Shown piece by piece: positions 35,546 through 47,275 of a stretch of DNA of 64,000 bases (position 1 is the stretch's first letter; each line of letters begins with the position of its first letter). Below the pieces are notes generated by a model that saw nothing but the letters and a program-made list of their open reading frames with translations, had not been told where the DNA came from and searched no databases. This DNA comes from Histomonas meleagridis 2922-C6/04-290x (taxonomy: Eukaryota > Protista > Parabasalia), in NCBI GenBank assembly GCA_020184695.1, contig JAANOX010000221.1, positions 1-64,000 on the forward strand, written 5' to 3'. The position numbers and the translations under genes are program-made.

Positions 35546-35666
35546 AGCTCAAGTGAATAGAAACTTATTTTATATATATATATAATAGATACATTAAAAA
35601 ATGAAAATTAGAGAAGCATATGTTTTATTTAATATAAGTATTGAGGAGCCTTATAAATTTGAGAAT

Positions 35667-36364
35667 TTATTCCACTATTAATAATATCATTATAATTTGA
35701 AACATAATTCTCAAATATATCAATTCTTCTTCGAAATTCTTTTTGCTCTTTTGAATATCTTCTTCTGTATTTAAGATAAAGTTTAATCGAAATACATCAA
35801 AACCATTAATATTCTTTTTATTAGAATCAAAATAATTAAAATAATTGAAATGAATTTCAGATGTTCGATTAGTTTTTTTGAAACAATACCACAAATTCGT
35901 AATCCAATGCCAACTGTATATAATTTGCGAAGCATCGTTTTATATTTACTTTTCCCTTGTGAAAATAATTTCGCAATTTTATGTAAATTTAAACAATTCT
36001 TGTTTAAATAAAAGAATAATTTAATAACTAATATTGATATATTATCAAGTCCTCCATTAGAACTACAATCAAATAGCATTAATATTTCATTGTTTTGTGA
36101 ACTTTTTTCGATTTCTTCTTTAAATTTTTTTATAGTATTTTGAATATTATTAATACCAATCCATTGAAACATATCATTCGAACATCTTCGACATACTTCA
36201 ATACCATCACAAACTGTGATGAAATCTTTCACTGTTCTTTTACTAACATTAAATTTGATACTAAGTTCTGAGATGAAAAATAATTTGGTATTATTGTTTT
36301 CTAAATATTCTGATAGTACTTTTAATATTGTAGCATCATTAACATTCATATTTTGTTGAATCAT
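35667..36364 (-). pseudogene. E2F/DP-like tandem winged-helix protein, one homopolymer frameshift
   Basis: Two degenerate RRxYDxxNVL-type segments (KRTVKDFITVCDGIEV..FQWIG; MLRKLYTVGIGLRICGIV). The frame shifts at the T7 run ~35,873-79, joining ORFs 35783-36364 and 35667-35894. Confidence 0.6.
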
Positions 36365-37619
36365 TTAATCAAGTGAACTCAAATATTTTAAATATACTTG
36401 AAAAATATATCATTAAAAAAATCTTAAAATTATTATTTCTTTTGAATAAAATTTGAATATTTGAAAAAAAACAAATATTTATAATATAATTAATATGAGA
36501 AATATTATTTGAAAAATTATAAATATTATATTAATTTTATATTAAGATATTAATATTTTTATAAAAAATGTTGGTTTGGTCTTCTGTATCGAATTCGAAC
36601 GTTATTTAAATTTTATGAGGGCAAATACATCTGGTTAAACAGTCAATTTATGAACTTTTTAAGAATATAAAATTAATTTAACGTTGGAAATTATAAATTT
36701 TATGATAAAATTTCATGTCTTATGAATATGTTCAATTGATCAGCGGTATTCAAATAAATTAGTGAATATTAACTTATTAATTTATATGATCACTTACTTT
36801 CCTATTTTGTTTTTGTAATAAAAATGATTTTGAGAGTATACAATGTCATAAAAAAAGCACATAATATTTCATACATAACATTTCATAGATTTAGCAAATT
36901 ATTACTAAATTGTTTGTCACTCATAAGAATTTGCACATCATGCAATCTAGGTTTAGTATCATTTAGATTTAGGGTTTTTGTATGTCTTAATGTTACTCAT
37001 ATCATTTTCTTAATTGTATCATTGATTTTTATGATATATTAAAATTCAAATGTGAATGTTGTGGTAAAGAAACCGTTATTTTTGGCAACGATAACTTCAT
37101 GTTTGTTTTCTGATCTGTTTTGCCATGTTGGAACAATAACTTTCACTTGTTAAGTTTGGAGACAACCATTTGTAACAAATTATGGTAAATCATGTGTTAT
37201 ACATTACAAATAAAGCATATATTTTATTACCATAATTCCTCAATAATCATTGAAAAACTTTTTATTTAAATACTTTCTGTGGATACGATTAAAATATACT
37301 GATTTCTCTTCAAAAATAAAACAGAAATACCTTATCCAAAAATTAATTTATAAATCAATGTATGCTCTTAAAAAATATGACTATATATATATATATATAT
37401 TATAATATTTTAGAATAATTAGAAATTAGAAGAAAAATCGATTCGAGCATGTATTTTGTATTAAGTTAAGGAATCTGGTGAAAAACAGTGTTTGTTTTTT
37501 ATTGATTTTTGGTTGAAATTTTGTTGTTAAAGATGGGGACGTTTCGCGCAAAATTAAATCAAAATCATAAAATTTTATGCAGCCCGTTACAGTAACATCA
37601 CTTGCTTAAAATCACTTCA

Positions 37620-40600
37620 ATGAGAACTGTTATAATATTCAATTTTGAATTTACAAAATCAGACGATAGAGTTATGGCGCCGAGATACATATGCATTTGC
37701 TCAGACACAGGACCTAATAAAATATATGAAGAAAGCAAATTCAAGGGCATGTCTGTCCATAAACTAATTGCTAAAAACATATTGGAAGAAAAACAAACAG
37801 TTTGGGTGCATACTCCAAATTTTATGATTGCGTTATCCGAAACAGAAATTCCGATAAAAGTTTATCCCGACCTTCTTTTAACGCAAAAGTCATATAATTA
37901 CAAAAGGCCAAATTTTTATCTTTATCAATCTTCCACAATTCCAGAAGACAATATCATACTTTATTTAAACACCATTCAAAAGCAAGAATTTTATATTCCA
38001 CCAATTCCAGTTTCTCTTGCCATATCAGAGCTAGTTAACATTACATTTTCAGATCTTTCAGATCAAGTTCTATCAATTATTGGCTATAACTCCAAAGTCA
38101 ATTGTTTTTATGCCGATGGGATGCTTATAGATGAAGAAGAAACTTTAAATAATTTCATTGATTTTGAATCTCCACCAGAATTATCAGTTGACATCGAATT
38201 TTCATCTAAATCTCTTCAACGTATGCAACATCGTAATAATATCATCAAAGAGATCATTCAAACAGAGAAACAATTTCTTGAAGGATTAAATCAAATCATG
38301 ACATTTTGGCAAGTTCAATTTAAAAATCGAAATGTTTTAACAGAGAATGAACAAAACATGATATTTCGTGACATTCAAGTTATCTACAAATCACATAATG
38401 AGTTTTATGAAGCTTTTTTACGTCAAGACTTAGATTATTCTGCTGATTCTGCTGCGACTTTTTTAGAGTATCAAAATTGTTTACGTTCTTCTATTCATTA
38501 TATTTCACGTTTTTCATCGATCAATGAATTAATTAACATCAAGAAACAAAATCGAGCTTTTACGTCAACAATGAATGAATTACAACAAATGAATGATGGC
38601 CGAGATTTAATGTCATTTTTAATTACACCAATTCAACGTTTACCACGATATTTATTATTTATACGCGAATTAGTTAAGATTACGCCTAAAAGTCATCCTG
38701 ATTCAGCATTATTACCTTTAGCTGAAGAAGTGATCGAAAAAATTACAATTGAAGCTGATCAAGCAACACGACAAGCTAAACAACAAACGATGTTAAAAGA
38801 AATCGAAGACAAACTTAAGAAATATGAAATTAGTTTACAAGATCCTTCACGACAAATTATAATGCTTGTTGAAATAACATTACAAAATCAAAAGAAGAAT
38901 TTCCAAGCGCAATTATGTTTATGTAATGACATTGTTTTTATATATGTTGATCGAGGCAAAACAGGAAAACTCATTTTTTCTCAATCGTTATATACATTTC
39001 ATTATTTACCACTTGTCGGTGAATTTAGATCAGTTGTAATTCCATATATTTATAAAGTTAAAGAATCTGTTTATGAAAGAACTGAATTTATTATATCTTT
39101 TTCTAAATTAGAAGAAAAAACACAATTTTTGGATAATATTCATCTTTTATTAGATTCGTTTAATGAAAAACAAGGAGATAAAGAACGACAAATTAGATGG
39201 TCATTAACATCTATATCTGATTCATTACCATCGATTTGTCAACATAATTGTATCTCTAATGGAGAATCGATAATTTTTTATGGAGGAATTTCTGCGCAAC
39301 GTTTAATTTGTTCGGAATTTTCTTCTTATCATCAACAAAACTTACGAAATTTCCCTTTGTCTGAAATGACCACATTAGAATGTGGTATAATTGGACGACG
39401 GAAAAGTACTTTTACATATTTAAAAGATTATTTTTATGTGATTGGAGGGTTTGTAGGTACTAAAGAAATACCCGATATAATGCGATATAATTTAAATACT
39501 GGTGAATGGCATCAATATGGAATTAAAAACCCTTTTTATAGACATGGACATACATGTGTTTCATATAAAGGGAAATTATATATTTTCGGTGGTAAATCTA
39601 AAGAAAATGGATTTTCATCACAAATTTATGTATTAGATCCTAATCAAAAAGAAATTGAACAATTAAATATTAATGGAAAAAAACCTGATCCGAGATCAGG
39701 ACATTCAGCTATAGTCTTTAAAGATAAAATGTTTATTTTAGGCGGGAAAAATGAAAAAGGAATTTTAAATGATTTTTGGTCATTTGACTTTATAAATATG
39801 ACTTGGAATAAAGAAATATTAAATGAATATATTCGACCAAGAACATCACATCTTTCATTATTATTAGGGAATGAAATGTTAATAATTGGAGGTATTACTG
39901 ATTGTCCAGAATCTAATACATTTACTATTAACTTAAATAACTTCGAAATTTCTAAAATTAATAATTATGGAAATTTTCCTTCTTCTTTAAGATATATGAG
40001 TGGCTCAATATTATCCAATAAAGAAATTATAATATATGGAGGTATTGAATATAAAAGTAAAACACCTTTATGTACATTATATACATTAAAGTTATCAAAA
40101 TCTTGGATGGATGAAATAAAAAATGAAATAATTGATTGTTTCGATCAAAATAAATGGGAAGAAATATTAAATTCTCAAAGATGTCATACATTAATATCAC
40201 ATCAATCGACATATTTACCTGATACTAATAGATTAAAATCTAAAGATAAAAACCAAAATAATATAACTTCCAATCAAATTAAAACTAGAACAAGAAGAGC
40301 TTCTATAGCTGCATTAATCTCTAAAACAGAAGATAAAAATAATAATAATATTCCTTCTAATAAACAACCGATATATCAAAGAATGATAATAGAATCAATT
40401 GCTATCGAAAAAATCGATTCCGATAACTTAGCAACTTTTGTAATTGATTCACCAAAATTAAAACGACAACAACAAAGTGATAAAAACGAAACTTTAACTC
40501 CGAGACAATTAGTCGAAGAAAAAATTAGTCCCGGAATACAAAGAAGATATTCTGTATTTCCTAAGTCACAAGGAATGAGAAAACTTCGGACTGCTTTAAG

Positions 40601-41717
40601 ATCGAATGGTGATTTCATTGAAGAATCATCTGAGAAAACTTTAATACCTAAAAGTAATTTTGCTCAAAATAGTGGCACTATAACACCACGAAGATTAAGA
40701 CCCGTATTTACTTTACCAAGTAACACGAGGCCTCCGAGTGTTAACTTTGATAATAGCAACAATAATTTCACGCGTAAAATTAATAATTTTGATACCGAAA
40801 TTAACAACAATAATGATAATAATGATAATCATCAACAACAACAACAACATGTAGAACCGAAACAACCAATGATTAGATTAACAAGAAGAGCGAATGATGG
40901 AGGGTTAGATGCGTTTCCTTCAATTAAACCTCTCGTTCAACAAATTCATTCTGCTGATAGTAGTCCAAATAAGCAACAAGAAACTGTTAATGATAACAAT
41001 GACATTACAGATGATAAAAAGAAACCAAATATATCCGGAATTATTAATCGTAGAATGTCAATGCAAACAACAAATTCAAGGAACTTAAGAACACCACAAA
41101 AACAACAACAGAATCAAACACAACAACAAAACAATGATGAAGCTGTTAAAGGTAATTTACCTACAGACACAGAAAAAACAAAATCGGATCCTTTCGTTGG
41201 CTTTGCTACTACTAAAGCGAGAAGATCTTCTTCGATACGAAATCCCCAGACATCTAAAGCGACGATTCTATACCAGCATTTGTTTGTCGAAGAAAGCGAA
41301 GATGGATCTTCTACTGCAAAACGACGCAAACGTAAAAGAAGGAAATCGAAAGAAGAAAGAACGAATAATAATAATAATAAGAAAGAAATTAATTCCGATA
41401 ACACAAATAAAACAGAAAATGATAACAATTTGATGATACAGAATCGACGGCCTTCTAAAATATCGAAAGATGCTATAACACTTCGACCTGCTGATAGTAA
41501 TGTAAAGAGTTCTAGTGGAAGAAGTGCATTGATAACTAATAATAATAATAGTAATAATAATACCGAAAGAGAAAAACATGCGCCTGTGTTACCAGGACCT
41601 ATAAGAGCAAGAAAGAACCCAAGACATCAATTGGGTTCACCGGAAAGAGTAGCGAGAAGATTCGTTGCGAAAAATATCGATGAAATGTTACAAAAGCCAA
41701 TAAGTCAGATCGAATAA
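37620..41717 (+). CDS. RhoGEF (DH-PH) plus Kelch-repeat protein with a long N/Q-rich tail
   Basis: DH: RNNIIKEIIQTEKQFLEGL..SFLITPIQRLPRYLLFIRELVKITP..HPD. Kelch: RHGHTCVSYKGKLYIFGG, RSGHSAIVFKDKMFILGG. First ATG at 37,620. Confidence 0.9.
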   Translation: MRTVIIFNFEFTKSDDRVMAPRYICICSDTGPNKIYEESKFKGMSVHKLIAKNILEEKQTVWVHTPNFMIALSETEIPIKVYPDLLLTQKSYNYKRPNFYLYQSSTIPEDNIILYLNTIQKQEFYIPPIPVSLAISELVNITFSDLSDQVLSIIGYNSKVNCFYADGMLIDEEETLNNFIDFESPPELSVDIEFSSKSLQRMQHRNNIIKEIIQTEKQFLEGLNQIMTFWQVQFKNRNVLTENEQNMIFRDIQVIYKSHNEFYEAFLRQDLDYSADSAATFLEYQNCLRSSIHYISRFSSINELINIKKQNRAFTSTMNELQQMNDGRDLMSFLITPIQRLPRYLLFIRELVKITPKSHPDSALLPLAEEVIEKITIEADQATRQAKQQTMLKEIEDKLKKYEISLQDPSRQIIMLVEITLQNQKKNFQAQLCLCNDIVFIYVDRGKTGKLIFSQSLYTFHYLPLVGEFRSVVIPYIYKVKESVYERTEFIISFSKLEEKTQFLDNIHLLLDSFNEKQGDKERQIRWSLTSISDSLPSICQHNCISNGESIIFYGGISAQRLICSEFSSYHQQNLRNFPLSEMTTLECGIIGRRKSTFTYLKDYFYVIGGFVGTKEIPDIMRYNLNTGEWHQYGIKNPFYRHGHTCVSYKGKLYIFGGKSKENGFSSQIYVLDPNQKEIEQLNINGKKPDPRSGHSAIVFKDKMFILGGKNEKGILNDFWSFDFINMTWNKEILNEYIRPRTSHLSLLLGNEMLIIGGITDCPESNTFTINLNNFEISKINNYGNFPSSLRYMSGSILSNKEIIIYGGIEYKSKTPLCTLYTLKLSKSWMDEIKNEIIDCFDQNKWEEILNSQRCHTLISHQSTYLPDTNRLKSKDKNQNNITSNQIKTRTRRASIAALISKTEDKNNNNIPSNKQPIYQRMIIESIAIEKIDSDNLATFVIDSPKLKRQQQSDKNETLTPRQLVEEKISPGIQRRYSVFPKSQGMRKLRTALRSNGDFIEESSEKTLIPKSNFAQNSGTITPRRLRPVFTLPSNTRPPSVNFDNSNNNFTRKINNFDTEINNNNDNNDNHQQQQQHVEPKQPMIRLTRRANDGGLDAFPSIKPLVQQIHSADSSPNKQQETVNDNNDITDDKKKPNISGIINRRMSMQTTNSRNLRTPQKQQQNQTQQQNNDEAVKGNLPTDTEKTKSDPFVGFATTKARRSSSIRNPQTSKATILYQHLFVEESEDGSSTAKRRKRKRRKSKEERTNNNNNKKEINSDNTNKTENDNNLMIQNRRPSKISKDAITLRPADSNVKSSSGRSALITNNNNSNNNTEREKHAPVLPGPIRARKNPRHQLGSPERVARRFVAKNIDEMLQKPISQIE

Positions 41718-41790
41718 TAATAAATGTTAATGAGTGGATTTTTTATTATATTTTTTAAAAGGAATCTAAAAAAAATTTTTTTTTGTTTAT

Positions 41791-42294
41791 TTAAACTGAA
41801 AACCAATCATTCGTTAAAGGACAGTCGCAATGTGAATAATCAAGGAAATCAAGCTCGCGCCATGAAGAACCAACAAAAAAGATTTCTTCTTGATGCTCCT
41901 TAAGATCTACAACTTCAGTGGTATGAGGTGGTGATAATTGTTCAGGTGTAACGTGTTTAATTAACCAATTCCATCTGTTTTTAATAGTAATTGAAGAACG
42001 ATTTGGAAAAAATGAAACAATCTTTGACCATTTGTTCCCATATTCTTTTTGCTTCTCAAGGAGTAAAGCATCTTCAACAGGCGTCCATCCATCTCGTACA
42101 AGGTTAGGATCTAACATTCCAATCCATCTTTCACGACATTGTTTTCCATTTCTTCCTTGAACATGTTGTGCTACTGAAGACCAATTCGATTTCCCATAAA
42201 TCTTCACTGCTTCCCTTAGTTGATCATCTTCAACCTGAGTCCATTTAACTTTCTTATGACTCTGAATGCTTCTCTCCCTTCTCCTTTCCATCAT
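41791..42294 (-). CDS. R2R3 Myb DNA-binding protein
   Basis: KWTQVEDDQL..W..RNGKQCRERW..LDP..WTPVEDALL..YGNKWSKI..RSSITIKNRW. Confidence 0.95.
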   Translation of the reverse strand: MMERRRERSIQSHKKVKWTQVEDDQLREAVKIYGKSNWSSVAQHVQGRNGKQCRERWIGMLDPNLVRDGWTPVEDALLLEKQKEYGNKWSKIVSFFPNRSSITIKNRWNWLIKHVTPEQLSPPHTTEVVDLKEHQEEIFFVGSSWRELDFLDYSHCDCPLTNDWFSV

Positions 42295-42989
42295 GAATAA
42301 TTTTGATTCTAAATTTCATTCAAAATTCTGTTTTATTGTGGAAGTCAATTTAATTGAAATTACTTAAAGTTAGTTAAAATTAATGAATTTACTTTTTATT
42401 TAGACTAAAGAAATAATTCCTCTTTTGATGAACCATGAATTGAATAGTACTGAACACGTTTCCCTTCAAAAAAAGAAATATGTCAAGTCTCTTTTGCTCT
42501 CAAAATTTTATGTGCTGGTTATTGCCATTCAAAATTCTTTGTCACCCAACTCAACTTACTTTTTCAATATATTTAAAAAGCATTTATGACCGTTTATATC
42601 ACATCTGTGAAATTTCAAATCCAATTTTTAGACCCTAAAAAACTTTACCTTTCGATCGTGCATTATTTTGAATAAATTTTAGAGTTTCGATAGCTTGATT
42701 ATCTATGAAAAATCAACTTAGTTTATCGGTGTGGCATCTGGCTATTCAAAATGAAGAGAATTTTATTTTTTTATTTATTATTTCTTTTCGTTAATTTTTA
42801 TTTCTCTCTTTCAAAGTATAGATTTTTAATAGCGTTACATGTAAAAATATAAAAAGAAAAGCAACATATTTAATACATATCTTTACAAAGTCAAATTTAG
42901 CTATAGCTCAAATCATTTTGTTTTATAAAATATTTTGTCCTTAAGTTTTGATATTCTAAGCAAAGAACACTTTGTTCTATCTTTATATT

Positions 42990-43331
42990 TCCACTTACTA
43001 CATTTAGCACCAACTTAAATTTAGATCGAAGTTAAAAATCATTTTGGTTTCTAAGATATCATCAGCTAAAGTTAAAAAATATTTTTTCTTATTTACATTT
43101 CCATAAATATTAATCATAATTCTCGAAAGCTCATTTTGTATATACAAATTCATCACCAAACTTAATTTAACTTGAGGTAAAAGAATTATTTTGTTTGATA
43201 ACACACACTAAAGTTATAAAGATTAATTATAATTCTCGAAATTTGATTTTCTCTAAGCAAATTCATCACTGACTTATATCAAGTTGATATCCAAGAATTA
43301 TTTTATTTTATAACACAAACTAAAGTTATAA
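42990..43331. repeat. ~115-bp degenerate tandem repeat (2-3 copies)
   Basis: ATAATTCTCGAAA..CAAATTCATCAC..AAGAATTATTTT..ATAACACA.ACTAAAGTTATAAA at ~43,097 and ~43,229, with a weaker copy upstream. Confidence 0.7.
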
Positions 43332-43352
43332 AAAAAAAATAAATAAATTTTG

Positions 43353-44354
43353 CTAATTTACTCCAAGAACAGTTTGTACTATTTTCTTATTTTCCTCATT
43401 TCCACAGTTGTTAATTATAACATAGTTCTCAAAGGCCTCTTTTCCATTTGCAAATTCATCACAACCACAAAACGCAAATCCGAATGTTTCCATTGTATCG
43501 AAAATTAAATTTTTTTCTTGTAACATTTTTCGCATTTCTTCATTAGCACTTAGCACTAGTGTATATCCGTTTTGTGATACAAACAAATTTTTTTGATTCT
43601 TTAACTCATCGAAATCATTGATTTCGTCTGAAGTAGAATTCATTTTAATGGTGGCAAGTGCAGATGACATTTCGCAGCTCTTGAAATTGAAGCCAAGGTT
43701 TCCATATACAAATTTGAAGTCGTAGCGGACATTTCCTAATACCCATCCATCATATCGCTTAGTCACATCTTCATCTTGTGTACCAACGCGACCCCAATCT
43801 CGAATACAAAGTGCTTTGTTGTATATAACGGGATCATTAAAAAGAGCTAATGCACAAATACTATCAAATGTGATTATTGATGCATCACTTCCAGTAGTTT
43901 TGACAGTACTATACATAAGATCTTCGATAATGGTTACATTTGCGAGCTTTGAATAATCTTGCGGAATGGAAAGAGGATTTGAAATAAAAACAAATTTCGT
44001 TTCTGGTGTTATGTATTGTTGTATTTCTTCTGGAGTAGCCATTAGTGTCTCTTTGTTAATATCGTAATACTTTATTGTGGCCTTTAATTGTGATAATATC
44101 CCAATAAATGATTGAGGGGAAACTGATGGAATTAAAACTTGTTCTCCTTCGCAAATGCCATAAGCAATGCAAGCCAAAAACAAAGCAGAATTTTTGCTAT
44201 TAACTAAAATTCCATGATTTTTATTACATTTCAAAGGAACTTCTTTTTCTAACAAAGCTGCTTTCTTTCCAGGGGCGACCCAACCATTATTTAAAACATG
44301 AATAACTTCCTCTATTTCATTTTGATTACATTTTTTATTGTAGAACTTAAACAT
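43353..44354 (-). CDS. DegT/DnrJ/EryC1/StrS (RfbH/E1-like) fold-type-I PLP protein, probably catalytically degenerate
   Basis: EIEEVIHVLNNGWVAPG, GILVNSKNSALFLA, IRDWGR and YDFKFVYGNLGFNFKSCEMSSA. Confidence 0.85.
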   Translation of the reverse strand: MFKFYNKKCNQNEIEEVIHVLNNGWVAPGKKAALLEKEVPLKCNKNHGILVNSKNSALFLACIAYGICEGEQVLIPSVSPQSFIGILSQLKATIKYYDINKETLMATPEEIQQYITPETKFVFISNPLSIPQDYSKLANVTIIEDLMYSTVKTTGSDASIITFDSICALALFNDPVIYNKALCIRDWGRVGTQDEDVTKRYDGWVLGNVRYDFKFVYGNLGFNFKSCEMSSALATIKMNSTSDEINDFDELKNQKNLFVSQNGYTLVLSANEEMRKMLQEKNLIFDTMETFGFAFCGCDEFANGKEAFENYVIINNCGNEENKKIVQTVLGVN

Positions 44355-44462
44355 TGTTTAGACTTCCGAATTCAGTACTTTACGCAACATTCTATGTACC
44401 GCAATAAAGTTATCAAACAGAAAAGTGCTATTATTTTATTATACAAAAACTTAAAAAAAAAT

Positions 44463-45866
44463 TCATTTTCTCCCGAATAAAGAAGAAAAGAATCCCTTTT
44501 TCTCTTCTTTCTTCTCTTCTTCCTCCTTATCCTTTTTCTTTTGGGTACTATTTGGATCTCCATATATTGATACTTTTCTTCCGAACGACAATTTCTCTGG
44601 ATTCACATTAATTTCGCTTTTGCTATTTTTCTTCTTCAGCATTAAATTTTGTTCAATGTTTTCATTCTTCTTCCCATAAGCCTCCGCCAGCTTCGAAATC
44701 TCCGCCAATAATTCCGAATAACAAATTTCCTTTTGCGCCTTAGTATACACAGGAACAACGTTTCGATTTCTTCCGACATTCGTTGGCTCCCAAAACGCTG
44801 AATATATTTCTCCGCCGGGTCCATTTTCTATGTCGCGCATCAGTTGCAGAATTGTTTGCGATTGCGCAGTTTGCTGTACAAATAACTCCGAAAACGAAGT
44901 CAATTTACGTAACTTATCCCATTCATTAAAAAGCCTTTTTGGTGCAGTTGTACGTAAATTCAACCCAGCGGATATAACATTAAGGATTAACTTGTTACAT
45001 TGCGCTCGGATAACGACGGGATCCAATTTACTTTCGCGAATCGTCTTCGAAAAAGTGTCAATGTCTTTCTCGACACGCGCTGGAAATGAAAATGGAGGAC
45101 GTGCAGCGGCCATTGATGTGTCGACATTGATAAAAACGTGATCATCCATTTCGGGAGATTGTAATACATTACTTAATGAGGAATGGATGCCAATAATATA
45201 TGGAAATGGAGCAAAAAGTGTATCAATCAAATGATGCGGGAGTACTGGTATGAAAACGCCTGGCCATGGGATGGGATGAATTAATGAGAGAAGTGCAAAA
45301 CAGGTACGAGATACTTTGGAGAGATCAGACGAGATTACAATGATCTTGTTGTCGAGAACAATTGATGTTAATATCGTTCCAACTAAATATGGATCAATGG
45401 TTTGGAATAATTCTGTAAGAAAAGTGGAAAGAAGATTGTTTTCATTGGCATCAAGATTCTTAAGCTGTAGGGATGGTTGCCGAAAACGCTTAAGAAGATC
45501 TAATCCTGCTTTTGGAGGATTTTGTAAATATAAATTGATGATGTGAAAGTATTTGGGTGGATCAAAAAAGGAGGAAAGAAGGCAATACGCAATTTGATTG
45601 TCCGAAGTTATACTTTTGATTTTGACATATCCAAAAGTTGGTTCGGAATTCACACTGCTTAAATAAATTGTAAAACAGGCCTGAGCGCAATCGCCATAGT
45701 CTAGTATGGATGTTAATGGGAAACAAAATTTCCAAAGTGGTTGTTGATTTGTTTGGGGAGCATTTTCCGGGAAAATTATTGTTTGCTTACAACCACTTGG
45801 AGTCTTGTCAATACGAGTGAAAAGAAAAAAGAAGGAAGTATTTGGATCTCGACAGAACCGGATCAT
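44463..45866 (-). CDS. DENN-domain protein (Rab GEF)
   Basis: uDENN (LWKFCFP), cDENN (IVLDNKIIVISSDLSKVS..LIHPIPWPGVFIPVLP..LFAPFPYIIGIH..VFINVD) and dDENN (FVQQTAQSQ). Confidence 0.9.
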   Translation of the reverse strand: MIRFCRDPNTSFFFLFTRIDKTPSGCKQTIIFPENAPQTNQQPLWKFCFPLTSILDYGDCAQACFTIYLSSVNSEPTFGYVKIKSITSDNQIAYCLLSSFFDPPKYFHIINLYLQNPPKAGLDLLKRFRQPSLQLKNLDANENNLLSTFLTELFQTIDPYLVGTILTSIVLDNKIIVISSDLSKVSRTCFALLSLIHPIPWPGVFIPVLPHHLIDTLFAPFPYIIGIHSSLSNVLQSPEMDDHVFINVDTSMAAARPPFSFPARVEKDIDTFSKTIRESKLDPVVIRAQCNKLILNVISAGLNLRTTAPKRLFNEWDKLRKLTSFSELFVQQTAQSQTILQLMRDIENGPGGEIYSAFWEPTNVGRNRNVVPVYTKAQKEICYSELLAEISKLAEAYGKKNENIEQNLMLKKKNSKSEINVNPEKLSFGRKVSIYGDPNSTQKKKDKEEEEKKEEKKGFFSSLFGRK

Positions 45867-47275
45867 TTTTTGGAAATTTTAACTAAATAAGGGTAAAACC
45901 GTTAATTTGCTTTTTTTCATCGTTCTATACAAATGCGAATAATTATTTGCGCCTGATCTGTTGTAACGTAACAAAATTGAAAGGTTAACCTTTTGAATAA
46001 TTATTCCAAACAAAATAACCCGCCGTGTCAACTGGCAAAAACTGCTTGTATGGAGTCAGCATGATTTTTTTAATTAAATTTTATTTATATTTTGTATTTA
46101 TTATTAATAATTCCTATTAAACATATTTTGTGATTTATACTCTATTTTATAGGCAAAAAATAAAAATATTTTCATTTTATTGATTTACAGTTTTTTCTGT
46201 CGTTATTTGGTCTTTGATTACACCAAAAGTGACTTTAATCTGCTCTCAAACGATTATTTTTGATTTAAAAAATTTATAAACAATTGAAATTTATTACCAT
46301 ATTAAATGATAATATCTTTGTATTGGAAGCATAAATTTAAATAAAACACAGAAAATAATTTCATCATATAAAGTTATCATCATACTTTAATTTAAAAAAT
46401 TATATAAAAGAATTATCGAGAAATGATGAATTTCATAAAAAGAAGCAAATTATGTAAAATGTTTTCGACAAGATATTGTTCCAAAAAATTTTTCCAAATA
46501 ATAAATACATTACAAGAAAAGTAAATGATAAATTATATCAAAGAAAAAATCGTAAAATTAAAGCCATTATTTTTTCAAAAAGCAAAAGAAAGATATTTCA
46601 ACTTTTAAATATGTGTAATATGTTTAACTCGAGTAGTACCGCTTTTCTCATGATAATATCTTATTGTCTCCATCAGAATTGGGGAAATTAAAAGGAAAAA
46701 AAATAATTAATTCACAAAAAAGACATTATGTCACTTCAATTTACTCACTTTCTGCTTGCAATTTTTCATTTTCAGGATGTCCTTAACATTTTTTCATGTA
46801 TAACCTTACTAAGTAAAATCGTAAAATTTAAAATAAAAATCCAAAGGAATCCCCAAAACTCTTCTTTTTATTTAAGCAAACTAAAATGTAGTAGGACTAA
46901 TGCTTAAATGAATTTTACCAAAGTTTAATTGATTAGTTAAACAATACAATTGTTCTGTAATAATATTCATTCTTAATATTATAATATTAAGTGCTTAGAA
47001 GATGTGTTGTAATGTGTAAAAGCATATTATAAATTAGGTAAATCTTAAGATCTTAATAAAAGATCACATGAAAATTAACATAAATCTTATTGAAATAAGT
47101 TTTTGCAGTCACAAAAAAATGTTATTGTTCATCTATTCATATTGTAACTTAATAATCTCTCTTACCTAAACGTATATAATGTTAAAGCATTAAGCAAACA
47201 ATTGCTTATATAAAATTTTTCTTATGCCATAAAATGTGAATATTATTCTCATAATGCCAAATCAAAGTGGTTTAT

